A stretch of 64,000 bases of DNA. Source: Chrysomallon squamiferum (Eukaryota > Animalia > Mollusca). Positions 40,881 through 54,970 of the stretch are shown piece after piece. Location of the stretch: contig CM022671.1 of NCBI GenBank assembly GCA_012295275.1, positions 33,418,001 through 33,482,000 of the forward strand, given 5' to 3'. The notes beneath the pieces were generated by a model. The model saw only the letters and a list, made by a program, of their open reading frames with translations. It had not been told where the DNA came from and made no database searches. Position 1 is the stretch's first letter; every line of letters begins with the position of its first letter. The position numbers and the translations under genes are program-made.

Positions 40881-41733
40881 TAAGGATTATTAATATTATT
40901 ATTATTTCAGTATTTTTATATAATTATTATTATTATTATCAGCATTTTTGAAATTATCTCAGCATTTTAAACTTTAAATCGTCATCCTGTCGCTACGAGC
41001 CATATGGCAAAATGTTGCACCGGTAACGCTGTGTTCGTTTAATTGAGTGTTTTTCAATACTGATAATTACGCGTCTATATAATAATAGGCTCTTGTGGGC
41101 GAACATGCTCATCAAATTTTCTTCTGAACTTCGAGTGACTCGAATATATCGATCTTTCCGTTCAGTTTCGGCTGTCTCCGCCCAACGCAGTAAGTAAACG
41201 CACTACCGGAACATGCCTTTATGTCGACCGTTATCTAATGTCGGAAACATATGGCACGTCAATGAGTTATGGCTAGACAAATTTATTTCTGCTCAATTAT
41301 CGTTAAGGGCGCTATTAAAGACTGTCACTCGTTGGTTTTAGTGCGAAATTTAACGCTAAACCGAACAGTTTATACACGATTAATGGTACAAAATAAATAA
41401 GGATAATTGTGATAGGTGATAATTCTGTCGTTGTGCTGCTGGCTGCTACTTCATCTACAACAACAACAGCTTGTCAATAAATAAATAAATAATAATAAAA
41501 CTCGTACATATTTCTTTTTCCTAGATTCTTATGAAAGGGAAAATCCTTGTAATAGTTGGCGAAAATTAAATTAACAGTTATTAATTTCAGTTTTGTATAA
41601 GCAACTATTCTGCATCATAATTTTGAAGGTATAAATGAATTTCCTAAGTTTCTTAGTTAATACACCCAATAATCAAAACAAAATAACAACTTCAACATCA
41701 ACAACAACAACAACAACAACAACAAAAATAATA

Positions 41734-41775
<42 letters not shown>

Positions 41776-42920
41776 TGAAAAAGGATAAAACAAATAAATA
41801 TATTTAAATATATTTAAAAAAAAAAATTATAAAAAAATTAAAGAAATATCTGGAATATCGAGTGTACTTTGGTTTACAATGTAGTTTTACTAACAAATGT
41901 AATAATAAGGTGCATGCAAGAAACAACTACAGAAAAGCAGACTTTCTTCACTAAGCACGTGTAAAATGTGAAGTAGAGGAGTACAAGGCTCTTTTTTTAC
42001 TCTTCTAATGAAATATGAGAATGTCTTATTGTTTCAAATTATTTTGGGAGATTTTAAAAATAAAACTGTAGCCTCTCTATCCTTTTCCCGTTCGGCCGTA
42101 TTCTTCCATTACTATGAAATAAAAATAATCCGTAATAATCAAAGAGATAATAATTATGTGCTGTCTGAGATATATGCGCGCGCGTTCACTGACACACTAA
42201 CACACACTCAGGACACACACACACAGAGGCTTACATATGCACTGTGACACTGACAATAATAAATTGTTCCAAAATGTATGACTTAGAAAATAAGATTGCT
42301 TCTAAACGACAGATATAAAAGTTAGGTTGATGGAGGTTGAATTCTCGAATAATCTCGAGATTTCCAAATGCTGATTGCGACAAGAAGCCTCAGATGTGAC
42401 GTCAGAACCCCCGTGGACTTCTTGTCGTTTAGAAAACGTCGATATTCCACGATTATATGTCACAGTTCATTTTGTCGTCGCTCTCTGATAAAACGGAATG
42501 AAGCTGTCACTGCAGTCGAGCAAAATGTATCCATCACTATCTTTGGCGTTGTCTTCAATTAAGGCTGTGTTTGCCATCATTGTATCTGCCGACGTTGAGA
42601 TTGTCTGCGTTGTATTTGGAATCGCTGATGTGGTGAGCAGCGTCTAGTTTGACTGATGTTGATTTTACCAGCAGGTGTCGCTGAAGTTGTGTTTGTGATA
42701 TGTGTTTAGTGGAATGTTTTAAGAAGTTACAGTGCTGCATCCCTTAAGAGATAATAATTGAAAATATTGCGAATAAGGCAATGATTTGAATTTTATGTTC
42801 AGCTTTTTGGAGGATATGTATAAAGAAATTCGCTTTCTATCCTAGCGATGCTTATAATATTGTGTTATGTTCCTGTGTTATGGGAATCAACCGTTTTAAA
42901 GGTATATTATTTTCTGTATT

Positions 42921-43826
<906 letters not shown>

Positions 43827-44002
43827 GCACACACACATATCCCCATCAGTCTACTGCTCAGTCAGTCAATCAACCATTTAACAATCCATTCATTAACTTT
43901 CTTAAATTACACATGAAATAATCTTCATTTAATCAGTATTTTCAGTTTTATTGTTTTATATCTTTATTAACAAATTTATATTGCTCTTTTCATCTGTTGC
44001 AG

Positions 44003-44817
44003 GTGACAGTATTGGCGAGTTTCTGACTGTTGACCAGTTTAACTGAAAAAGAATCGGAACGGATGAGGTCAGTGTTGGCGTTAATTCTAACAAAGCCGGA
44101 GATTACTTTATTTCTTCTTGTCCACAAATTATCCTCTAAAAAAAAGAATGTCAGCCAAAGCTCACCATTAACAGCACCATTTCCGGCCTTTCACCTGACG
44201 GAAGTAGCCCACACGATAAGGTCTTTTTGTAATCACTGGCAAGTGTTGTTCCATTATGGCTGACGTTGACCGAGAGTAAAGTCAATATTTGCAAAATCCT
44301 CAGAACTTCTGCGTTATAATCTTTGTTACGGCACCAGAAACGCAGTGGTCGCAATAATTAGGAACTTCGTATCCGCTTGGGCTTTCCCGTCAAATAAAGC
44401 GATGCGGTAATTCATTTGTAATTTAAAAACATTTGTTTCGCACTGGGAAATAAACGAGGACCTGAAAAGGAAAAAAGAAACTTTGTCTCCCCTGGGAGCT
44501 GTAAATTGGATGATGTTTTATGAATGTTTTGAATAAACACTGAAACTTGTTACAGTGACGGATTGCGGCTGCTGGTAGTTCTTTTACAAACATTAGAAAA
44601 ACAAAATGGCGTTCCTAGAATCTGTTCGTTTCGGTTAACACGTCAGCTTGAAATTGGCAGGAGATATCTGTTAATGGATTTCGTGTTTGTGTTTCCACGT
44701 CGTGCCTTTGTCCTAACACCTAAATGTCATTTGACGAATTCGAAAAAGTGAATATGAATTTTTAAATGTTACTCTGATATTTCACTGCTAATTTGGATAA
44801 ACATTTTACGCCTAGCG
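44003..44817 (+). other. Putative 5' UTR part of the GPCR coding exon
   Basis: Strong acceptor ttgctcttttcatctgttgcag ending at 44002, followed by complex, repeat-free sequence up to the ATG. Confidence 0.4.
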
Positions 44818-46461
44818 ATGGAGAAAACTACATCAAGCTTGATGGACAACTTTACTAATTTCTGGTCCAGTTTAACAAGCCAATCAAAAGATTACTCGAC
44901 TGAATCGGATTCAGTGTCACATATTCAGGAATCAGACTCAAGGACATATTCCCCAGAATCAAATGCAAGGACATATACTTTGGACGCAGATTCAAGAACT
45001 TATTCCTCAGAATCAGACGTCTTCTTTAACATGACTAATACTGATATGAATAAACAGGAAATGTCCACACTGTCTCACAATATTACATCTGTTTACAAAA
45101 CAACAACATCTAGGTTGTTGTCTACCCTTTTTTCAGGAATATCTGAAGAAACGTCTTCGGTTGACGATATTTCGCATAACCCTCGTGGTGACACAGGAGT
45201 GTACACGAATGGAACCGATTCTTTAGATTCGGAATTCGAGTACAGCACCAGTTCGTTTACAGACAGTTTGAGTAACAGTGCAAGCTCCGTAACAGACCAG
45301 TACGTATACCCTCTTTTTACCGGTACTCTCTCCACATTCGTCAGTTCAGGAACCTATGTTCAAAATGGCGTCAGAACAGTGGCAGACGATTCAGACATTG
45401 ACGTCATTGTGCTCAAAGTGTTGTCCTTGATCCTCATCGCTCTGGCAGGCATAGCGGGTAACGGTTTTATTCTCGTCAGGGTGGTCCGAGCTGTCAACCT
45501 ACACAGACCCCCTTTCTACTACCTGCTGAGCATGTGTGTGTCGGATATATCAAGATCTGTGTTCTGTGTTCCTCTCGTTCTGACGTCAGTGTTACAAGAT
45601 TCTGTATGGAAATACGGAACGTCTGCTTGCAAGCTCTTCGCTTTCGCAAACTCCTTTTTTATCTACAGTTCATGCATGTCTATTCTTGCCATAGCCGTAG
45701 ATCGGCACGTATCAATAGTATATTCTAAATATTACAGACGTCGTTCCCGTGGTCTGTTGAACATGATTGTCGTCGTAATCGGATGGACTGTTGCGTTTGC
45801 CATGTCTTTCCCTCCAGTGATCGGAGTGGGTACTTACGTGTTCATAGCAGACGAAGCACAGTGCACGTTTTATCACAGAGACTATCGGCGGAATGATACA
45901 CTCGGTTTTTTACTTGTGTTCACGATGATTCTGTGCTTTGCTGCATTCCTCTACTTCCGTGTTTTCGTGTTTCTCCGCGCTCACAGACGAATGAGACCAT
46001 TAGAGCACACAGCTGCTAGAAGTCGAAACTGGACTTTTATCGGGCCAGGAGCAAACGGACAGGCAGTGGTCAACTGGCTTAACGGCTTTGGCGGTCGTAA
46101 TCAGCCCAATCCTATCGGGAACGGAGCGAGAAATCCTCAAATTCATCCGAATTTCGGTCGCGTCGTGAACCTCCAGGTCACGAAAAACGAACATCTGACC
46201 AGGCTTTTTTGCTTTCTGACATGCGCATTCGGTATCCTGTGGGCGCCTTACATTGTTCTGGGTTTCTGGAGAATTTTCGGTGATGCAAATTTAATATCGT
46301 CCCCTTACGTAACTGTGTCGACTTGGCTTTCTTACACCCAGGTGGCGCTGTGTCCTGTTGTTTACATTTTGTCACGTGGGCCAATTAGAAGAAGTTCAAG
46401 GACAGTGGTAGACGCTAATGACAAGAAAGAATTTTTACTGGAGCCAAGACATAGAAAATAA
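44818..46461 (+). CDS. GPR85: Class A orphan GPCR of the SREB family (GPR85/GPR173/GPR27-like), 547 aa, single coding exon
   Basis: Seven hydrophobic segments plus SREB-diagnostic strings LHRPPFYYLLSMCVSDISRS, FAMSFPPV, QCTFYHRDYRRNDTLGF and NWTFIGPGANGQAVVNWLNGFG. Probably a co-ortholog of all three vertebrate SREBs, so the symbol is nominal. Confidence 0.9.
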   Translation: MEKTTSSLMDNFTNFWSSLTSQSKDYSTESDSVSHIQESDSRTYSPESNARTYTLDADSRTYSSESDVFFNMTNTDMNKQEMSTLSHNITSVYKTTTSRLLSTLFSGISEETSSVDDISHNPRGDTGVYTNGTDSLDSEFEYSTSSFTDSLSNSASSVTDQYVYPLFTGTLSTFVSSGTYVQNGVRTVADDSDIDVIVLKVLSLILIALAGIAGNGFILVRVVRAVNLHRPPFYYLLSMCVSDISRSVFCVPLVLTSVLQDSVWKYGTSACKLFAFANSFFIYSSCMSILAIAVDRHVSIVYSKYYRRRSRGLLNMIVVVIGWTVAFAMSFPPVIGVGTYVFIADEAQCTFYHRDYRRNDTLGFLLVFTMILCFAAFLYFRVFVFLRAHRRMRPLEHTAARSRNWTFIGPGANGQAVVNWLNGFGGRNQPNPIGNGARNPQIHPNFGRVVNLQVTKNEHLTRLFCFLTCAFGILWAPYIVLGFWRIFGDANLISSPYVTVSTWLSYTQVALCPVVYILSRGPIRRSSRTVVDANDKKEFLLEPRHRK

Positions 46462-46603
46462 TGTGTATGTTTCTGCGCGTGCGTTTGTGTGTGCATGTGC
46501 ATATGTGTATTTGTATGTGGGGCTGGCTGTATGATAATTCTGGGCTTAATTAAAAGTTAATTACTTTAAATGTAATAATAATGTTTTGACGTTTTCTGCC
46601 AAG

Positions 46604-46641
<38 letters not shown>

Positions 46642-46780
46642 GATTATTATGATTATTATTTTCCATATGATCACTTTATTATTATTATTGCTATTTCTCT
46701 TCACTCTTATACTGTGCATTTAATTTTCGTCCTGAATTTTCTTTTTATCAGTTAGTTAATTAATTAATTAGTCAATCAAT

Positions 46781-46811
<31 letters not shown>

Positions 46812-47029
46812 TTCATTCACTTGATAAATTTTCATTTAAAGACTTAATTTATAATGAAACATTTTAAAAACGATTTTTCAGTCTATGCTTCTCAAGCCAT
46901 CTCTGCTGAATGATTCATGTGTTTGAAAAATATATATATAAATGTTTTTAACATTCATTGTTTGCCATTGCAATAATAAAATGCTGTGTATTTTTATTTC
47001 TAAAACTTGCTGCTTCTGTGGTAGTTGAT

Positions 47030-47600
47030 ACTACTATTACTACTACTACTGTGATTAAAGCTGATTCAGCTGTTATTATTACTATCATTGCAACGTCATC
47101 ATCATCAGTAATTTTGTCACCGCCACCGCCTCTTCTTCTACCACATCGTGTACTGGAGCCACCATCACTGGTGCTGCTGTTACTGTTACTACTACAACAA
47201 CTACTACTACTACTACTACTACTACTATTACTACTACTACTACTACTACTACTACTATTACTACTACTACTGCTGCCACTACTACCATCAAAATTAATAC
47301 TCCAATGTACACCATCATTATTGTTGCTGTTACTGTTATTACTACTTCTTCTACAACAATAGCTACTACTACTACCACCTCTACTACTACTAACACTATC
47401 ACTGCCAGTGCTGCTTCTACTTCTGCTACTACCACCAGCAACACCACATTCACCGCCTTAATATACTAAAATAATAACGTCAACCAATACTGCCACTGCT
47501 ACTTTTATGACACCAACGACTGCTGTTATTACTTCTGCTAGCAGTGCTGTTGTTACTACACAGCTATAATTGTACTTATTACTATTACTATTACTATAAC
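47030..47600. repeat. Degenerate (CTA/CTG/TTA)n trinucleotide low-complexity tract
   Basis: Direct inspection; it produces spurious poly-L and poly-V ORFs. Confidence 0.88.
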
Positions 47601-48543
47601 TGGTCTTCTATTGCTGTGGCCAATAAAAAGCATAAGAAGACAACAAGACAACAACAATAAGGACAACAAAAAACAAAACAAAACAAAAAACACTATGGGG
47701 AAACAAGGGACATGATATAAAATAAAAGTTCAGTTATTAATTTTATTGAAACTGTCAACATCATCAACCAGAATGACATCATAACAATTTGTTATAATTC
47801 CACTATAATTACTCTATTGGAGAATTTTATTTCTTTGCTTTTCTCAACCGCATGCGGGTCAGGTTATCATAAATCATTAGTTAAATGTTGCATGCGGGAA
47901 TTCTGTGTTCGCGGTGAAGCTTTGTTCCAAAATTATTTCCTTTCCTATTTCTTTTCTTTTCTCTCTTACTTTTTTTTTATGTTATTTTAATTTAATTTAT
48001 TTTATTTTATTTTAATTATTTTTTATTTATTATTATTATTTTTTTTATATAAAAATATATATGGAACAGGAAAAAAGTAAAAAAAAAAAAAATGAAAATA
48101 ATTAAGCATTTTAAATGCAATTAAATTAACATCTTACACAAATACTTAATAATACTGATAAATAAACGCAATATTATAAAGACATTTAATGAATCAGCTG
48201 TGGAGCGCTGGCTGAAAGGTGGGATAACCCAAAGAGCTGTAAACAAGCAGAAGTGTTACGTAATAGTTTTACGCGTCAGTACGTACGTAAGGGGGAAATA
48301 TTAACAGCTTCACTCTTCTTAAGATTTCCCAAATGTCAAATGGCAAATTGCGTCCTACTGCAAAATTATTCCCAACTGTAAATTTTCACTGCTTTTCATT
48401 ACAGAATATTGCTTTGTTCAAAACAACAGATTGCAAATGGCTGACATAGTTAAGATCAATCATGTTAGAATTCTTTTTGCGAATTCAGGAAAACAAAAAG
48501 GTTGAAACGATGCTAAAACCCTTTTATGTGCAAAAAGAAATAG

Positions 48544-48582
<39 letters not shown>

Positions 48583-48634
48583 TCATTAGTTTTTGCTGTT
48601 GCTGAAAATAATATTATTTCATATATAATCCAAT

Positions 48635-48671
<37 letters not shown>

Positions 48672-49867
48672 AACACAAATAAATAAAAAAATAAAAATAA
48701 ATAAAATGAAATAAAATAAAATAAATCAGTAAATATCAGATGGTGTTATTTTATTAATTAATATAAATATTTTCAGTTATTTATTTATGTGCCTTTTTAT
48801 CAAAAAGGTGAAGGAATTTTTATTTTACAAAACGCAAATAGGTGATCCATTTCCCTACATACATGTTTTAGAAACAATTATGTTTTTGCATTCTGAAAAT
48901 TGTTATTATTTAATTATTTATTTTATTTTGAGATTTTGGTAACACTGTATACTCTATGATGGTAAAGCAGAATTCAGCATTGAAAACTAGTATGTATGCA
49001 AGTATTGTTTCGGTGTATGCATAAATGTATGTGTATCTGTGTGTGTATGTTTGTAGACGTGCATACATGTATTTATGTATATGTAAAGATCTGTTTGTTG
49101 TTGTTATTTTTATTATTATTATTTTTTGTTCGCCTATTTTTACTCGGTTTCTTTTCATCTGTGGGTTTTTTGTTTGTTTTTTTTCTGTGTTTTTCCCATG
49201 TCGAGGATTACGTGTGGTAATGAGGCCATGAATATACACACTCCTAGATCCGAATTTATGGCAAGTGTTATCTTGTACTTCAGCTCGATCAAACCCTACA
49301 TTTTATTGCGCGTTACATTTTAAGGTTTGTTGGTTTGGCTTCTTTTTTAGCTATAACTTTCAGTGTTTTAACAATCATTATCTAGTTTGTTTCAGTTTCT
49401 CAGCTCCCCCCTCTCACTTCCTCATACACACACATGCACGCACGCACGTACACGCACACGATCGTTTTTCTTTGTATAATTATTTCGCTGATCTTGTTGT
49501 TTATTTTTATTACATGTATTTGGGATTTGTATTCGTTTTGTGTTTGTTCTTTTGTTATTTTTTTATTATTACCTTTTTAAATGTTCGTATCTGTTATATT
49601 TGTCTTTCTGTTTTCTCAAAAACATAAGGTAATTAAAAAGAGAAAACTCAGTTTAAAACATATTTTTTATTTTATGGTTGTCTGCTTAGTTTATTATTAC
49701 TTTTTTGTTCTTCTGTAAAATATGTGTTTGTCCTGAGTTTGTATGTAGGCAAATCGATCATCTTTTTTCCTTTCAGTTTATGAGTGCTAATTACTTGTCA
49801 CGTCGTGTACTAAAGAGATTCTAAAACGATTAATTACACAGCTATCAAAAACATAAACGTCAAAGAC

Positions 49868-49926
<59 letters not shown>

Positions 49927-50264
49927 AGAGAGAGCGAGAGAAAAAAAAAGATAAAAAACAGCATAAAAATCTCTTCAACAAATCGCTCTTTCAACGGTAT
50001 TTTCGCCATCGTTCTGTTTTCGTTCGATAATTTTTCATCACACATTTCGTTTTCTGAATGGCGATTAATTTTCATGAGAGTTCTTTCCAACAGACACGCT
50101 TAGCTGTGTACAAATAAAGGAAAAGAAACGAGACTTTTTTTTTTTTTTTTCATCATTAGAAGCTTCTGGTGATGACTCGGTCGGTCATGGCGAATCGCTA
50201 ATTTACGGTTTCGTTCTCGCCGATCATGATACTTATTTTAACCTCTAATTACGCGTTATAAAAA

Positions 50265-50400
50265 TGGGCTTAAGTTCAGTGGTTGAATACTCGCCTGAGG
50301 CTCGATGGGTCGTAGGATTAATTCTCTTCGCTGAGCCCACTGTGTTAGTTTTACCCGATTCAGGCAGTATTCCATGTCTGTTTATGATAAGTCGGTGCAT
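50265..50400 (+). mobile_element. Decayed tRNA-derived SINE head
   Basis: A-box-like taagttcagtggttgaatactcgcctga and B-box-like ggtcgtaggattaattctc, followed by body sequence resembling the reverse complement of the fragment at ~48197-48235. Confidence 0.4.
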
Positions 50401-53400
50401 TTTCTTTCTATGGGAAGGTAGATATTTAATATATTTTGGTGCTAATTTCAATATGAAATTAACTATTCATTGAGTCACTGATAAACTGACCATTTCATTT
50501 TGTTTCTCTGGCAAAAATAATTGTTCTCTCTCTCAGTTTTAAGTCCGAGCTGCATTATTATTTTTTCATTTTCTTTTCGAATACTCTAATTATTATTTTA
50601 AAATTTAAATTATTTTCAGAAATAAAATAAATATTTTAGTTCTTAACATAATAAAAACAGTAAACTATTACAAATTTATGATTTTACAATTTACTAGTTT
50701 TATGATGGTTAAAATATTTGAGACGCCAATGATACAGACTGACTGGATTTAATTTATTTTTTATTTTTTATTCTCCATCTGTGAATTTTCACTGGGATTT
50801 GTGCGCCAAAAGTCAAGGACCGGTTGCCTTTAATTTAGGTCTGAGTCTGTCAAATTTCCCTCCAACATGCATCACTATCACGTTTTTCATCAAATTGTTC
50901 GCGCACATGAATTCTAACGAGGCGGGGACACAAGTGGCAAATTTCTGACAATGTCATTTCCGCGTCGCTTCCTGACAATTCAAGGGTCGCCATTTCCTTT
51001 GTGTACTTTTAAACCTGCATGTCGTCTGCTCTTAGTCAGCGACAAGGATTTTTTTTTTTTCTAAATAAAAATACAAGTTAAAAAAAAAAACGAAAAAAAA
51101 AAAAAAAAAAAAACGAAAAAAAAAAAAGAGCTCCCCTCAAAATTTCCTAAATGCAAGAATACTTCAATCAGACGTGTATTCAAGGCTGCCTTGTTGTCGT
51201 TTTGTCATGGTCAATATTCAAAGTAATTAAAACTCTTCATTAGATAAAGGAACTGTCAATTTCTGCCAGTGCGAAAACCGAATGAAAAGAAATTTGTTTT
51301 GTTTCCCCAGTGGAGCAGACGACACGACGTCGTTAATGTAGTTGTTGAAAAATCTTCAAGGCGACTTCGTCATCAAATGAGGGAACTGTGTTTTCTCATG
51401 CTGTCCTCCCACAAAATCCCCAGTGTACAGAATTCAAAGACGACTTCATTTAAATCCTAATATTTTCTTTATACATCAGAAAATTATGTCAGAAAGAATA
51501 AAGGATAATTTTAAAAATGAAAATTTTATTACATTTTTTCTTGTATTGTTTAGTCTTGTTTCTTTCTTCTTATTTATTTTTTTTGTTGTTTAAATTCGTT
51601 TTCTTTCATACCTTTCTTTTTCATGCTTTCTCTTTTCTTTCTTAATTAATTTAATTATTATTATTATTTATATACATTGCTGTTGTGCGTATTTTATTGT
51701 TTCAGTTCATTCTTAATTATATTTCTTCATTTCTTTATTTCTTCTTTCCTTCTTTCGTTCAGTCATTGTTTTTTTTTACTTCTTGATTTATTTTCCTTTC
51801 GTTCATCTTTCATCCTTTCCTTTCTGGCAGACGCACAAATTATTCACACGGTTTTGTTACTTCCAACACTGAAGAGTCAACGAAGACAGCGCCATCTGAC
51901 GTTAGAAAGAAGGTCATGACTGTTTTCTTAGTTTTGCCAAAGGGTGATTAAACTTTTAAATTATTTCTACAAAAGGATTGCCAAAATTCAGCTTAAATTG
52001 TGATGTGCAGAAATAAAACAAAAAACAAAAACCCACAACAACAATAATAAAAAAACAACCGTAAACTATGTAAAAATAAAAATAAAAATTATTAATAATA
52101 AAATAATTAAAATAATATAGCAAGTATAATAACAATAAACCACCACCACAACAACAGTAATGATAAATAAATAAAAAAAAAAAAAAAAAAAATAAAATAA
52201 AATAAATAAATAATTAATTTAAGAATACAAAAATATATTATACTGTTCAGTTTATTTGGATTTGCAAAACATGAGATATAAACAAATAAACAGTAAATTA
52301 ATTAATATGAATAAACAAACAAGTAAACAAATAAATAAATTGAGTATAATATCAGTTTTAAAAATTTCCTTAGACCACATATGAAAAATCGAATCTGTTA
52401 TAGTCTTTACAATTTTTAAAAAAACTTCCCAAAACAACACAGCAGAGACCCACAAAAGTCGTCAAATATCCGCAAAATAAAATTCCCGAACAAAAAATAA
52501 AAATAAATAAATAAAAATTAAAATTAAATTAAAATTAAAAACTGTGAAAAACAAAATAAAACTATACACCTGGCACTTTAAAATTTTTATCTAGTTATAA
52601 TTTATATAAACATATTCTTATCATTCTCTTTCTCTATGTTTCTTTCTTTCTTTCCTTATGTATATATTTTTTTTATGCTGTTATTTTACTTAACCTTTTT
52701 GGTTTCATCAACATGACACTAAAATCGATCCTAATTTAAATTCAACAACTTGTTTTAAATTCTATCTTTTTAACAGTTTCCTTTAAACCAGACAAAAAAA
52801 AAAAAAAAAAAAAAACGAAAAAAGAAAGTACTATTCATTGAGATGGCGACACATTGGAGGTGAAGAGTATCTGTTTGAAGTCTTAGAAATGCATCCGCGT
52901 TTTAAAACTTTTTTTTTGTTTTGAAAACTTGGTTATTTTTAAATCTATTTCTGAAGAGATATTTAACCACGTATAAAATAGCTGTCACTGACCGTAAAAA
53001 CATAATCTGAACTTGGAAACATGCTACTCATCAGCAATGGATTTTTATGTGCACATTTCCTGAGGTGGGAAGATATTATGAGTTTAGATGAACAGGCGAG
53101 CTCTACTTGGAACGGGAAGTGGCCAATACTATTTATGATGTTTGTTTGAGTGGATGGAACGAACGATAGAAAGGAAGAAAGAAAGAAATGAAGGAAGATC
53201 GATATAGATAAAGAGAGTGAGAAACAGAGAAAGTCAGAGAGAGAGAGAGAGAGAGTATTCTAATATATTCAAAATCGACTAAATTTTCAATTTCATCAGA
53301 CGAGATGGCTTGTCAACGTCTTTTTTGGAACCTTTCTCGCAATCACAAAACAGTGATGAAGTCTTGAGTAAAATACACACATACTTTTTTTTGTTGTCGC

Positions 53401-54019
53401 ATATCATTTTATATTTATCTTCTCCATTCTAAAAGACCATTCCATATCTATTCTTCAGCCTCCCCAATCTGAATGTTTTATGGGATATTAAAGATCTTCT
53501 CTCCGAATTAACCATCTCGTTCATCTGAGCGATGATCGAGCTGTTCTTGTTACACGAAAAGAGATACCGTTAGCAAGACAACAGTATTTACTGCATGACC
53601 ATGGGATGTGTGAAGACGGCCAGAGCGTCATTATCATAGATCAACTCTTCCAACTGGCCACTCTGGGAAGCGGCTGGCCATCTCATCAGTTTGTTACTTT
53701 ATTGCTCGCCAGTGGCATCGCCAGTGTTTTATGATAAATGTTGCCTTTGTTTACGTCTGTATAAAACTATTGATCGGTTCGAACTGTACTTGTCGTTAAA
53801 TCTTATACGTCTTGGAAGACCCCAAAGTAGGTAACAAATAGCGACCAAGATGTGAAACATATTTAGTGAAAATTCGATGATTACTGCCTAATTTATGAAA
53901 GAATAATGTAAATAAAATATCAGTGGCAGGGAATTCCAGAAATGTTTCCTATAATTTTTGTAGGTTAATTTTGTTTCAGTTATATAGTAAATGTAAGGAG
54001 ATTATGCTGTATGTAATTT

Positions 54020-54121
<102 letters not shown>

Positions 54122-54811
54122 TCATCATCAAAATCATTATTATAAGTATCATAAAGAACTAAAAATATCGTTAAATATACATATTAATTTAAAATGTAGA
54201 TAGAATATTCTTTAATCCTTGTCACCTCTCACACACGAAAAATATAATTTTTTAAAAAAAGAACAAGGAGAATAAATATGTGACCAAATCACTAGTGAAA
54301 GGACAAAAAGAACTCAACTGTTTTTGACGAAAAAAAAAAAAAATAATAATAATAAAAAAAAAAATTTACTTGCCGAAGAAGAAGGAAAAAAAACCCGAAA
54401 AAAAAACAACAAAAAGCAAATGCCGACAAGGACGACTTTGGTATTTAATAATCCTCCCATTTTCTTTTACGTAATGACTTCTATGACAACGCCAGCTGCA
54501 ACTCTTCGGAATTCATTGCCTTTAAACGGATAGCACTGTGTTCCCCGGAGTATATTGGACAATCAATAGCAATTTGTGTGTGTTTCTTCCGCGGGCTAAT
54601 CCATTAGAGGACGCTTGTCCATGTCAGAAAGGCTGTTCCTAAAACCCACGATGGTAAAAATTCGACAATATTTTCCATGACATGGCGACCCGACGTGTCA
54701 GAATTTCAAGATGCCATCACAGTTTTGTGAATGCGAGAGCGATTCCGAAAAAAAACGTTGACAAGCCATCTTGTCTTGATGAACTTGAAATTTTAGAATA
54801 TATTAGAATAA

Positions 54812-54970
<159 letters not shown>

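Noticed and set aside
42841-42850. CCTAGCGATG, identical to the GPCR start context at 44811-44820
   Set aside because: Only 10 bp with no flanking similarity; compatible with chance.
46958-47453. Poly-Leu and poly-Val ORFs resembling membrane proteins
   Set aside because: Produced by a (CTA)n tract downstream of the GPCR.
50265-50340. Possible tRNA gene
   Set aside because: No complete cloverleaf; better explained as a decayed SINE head.
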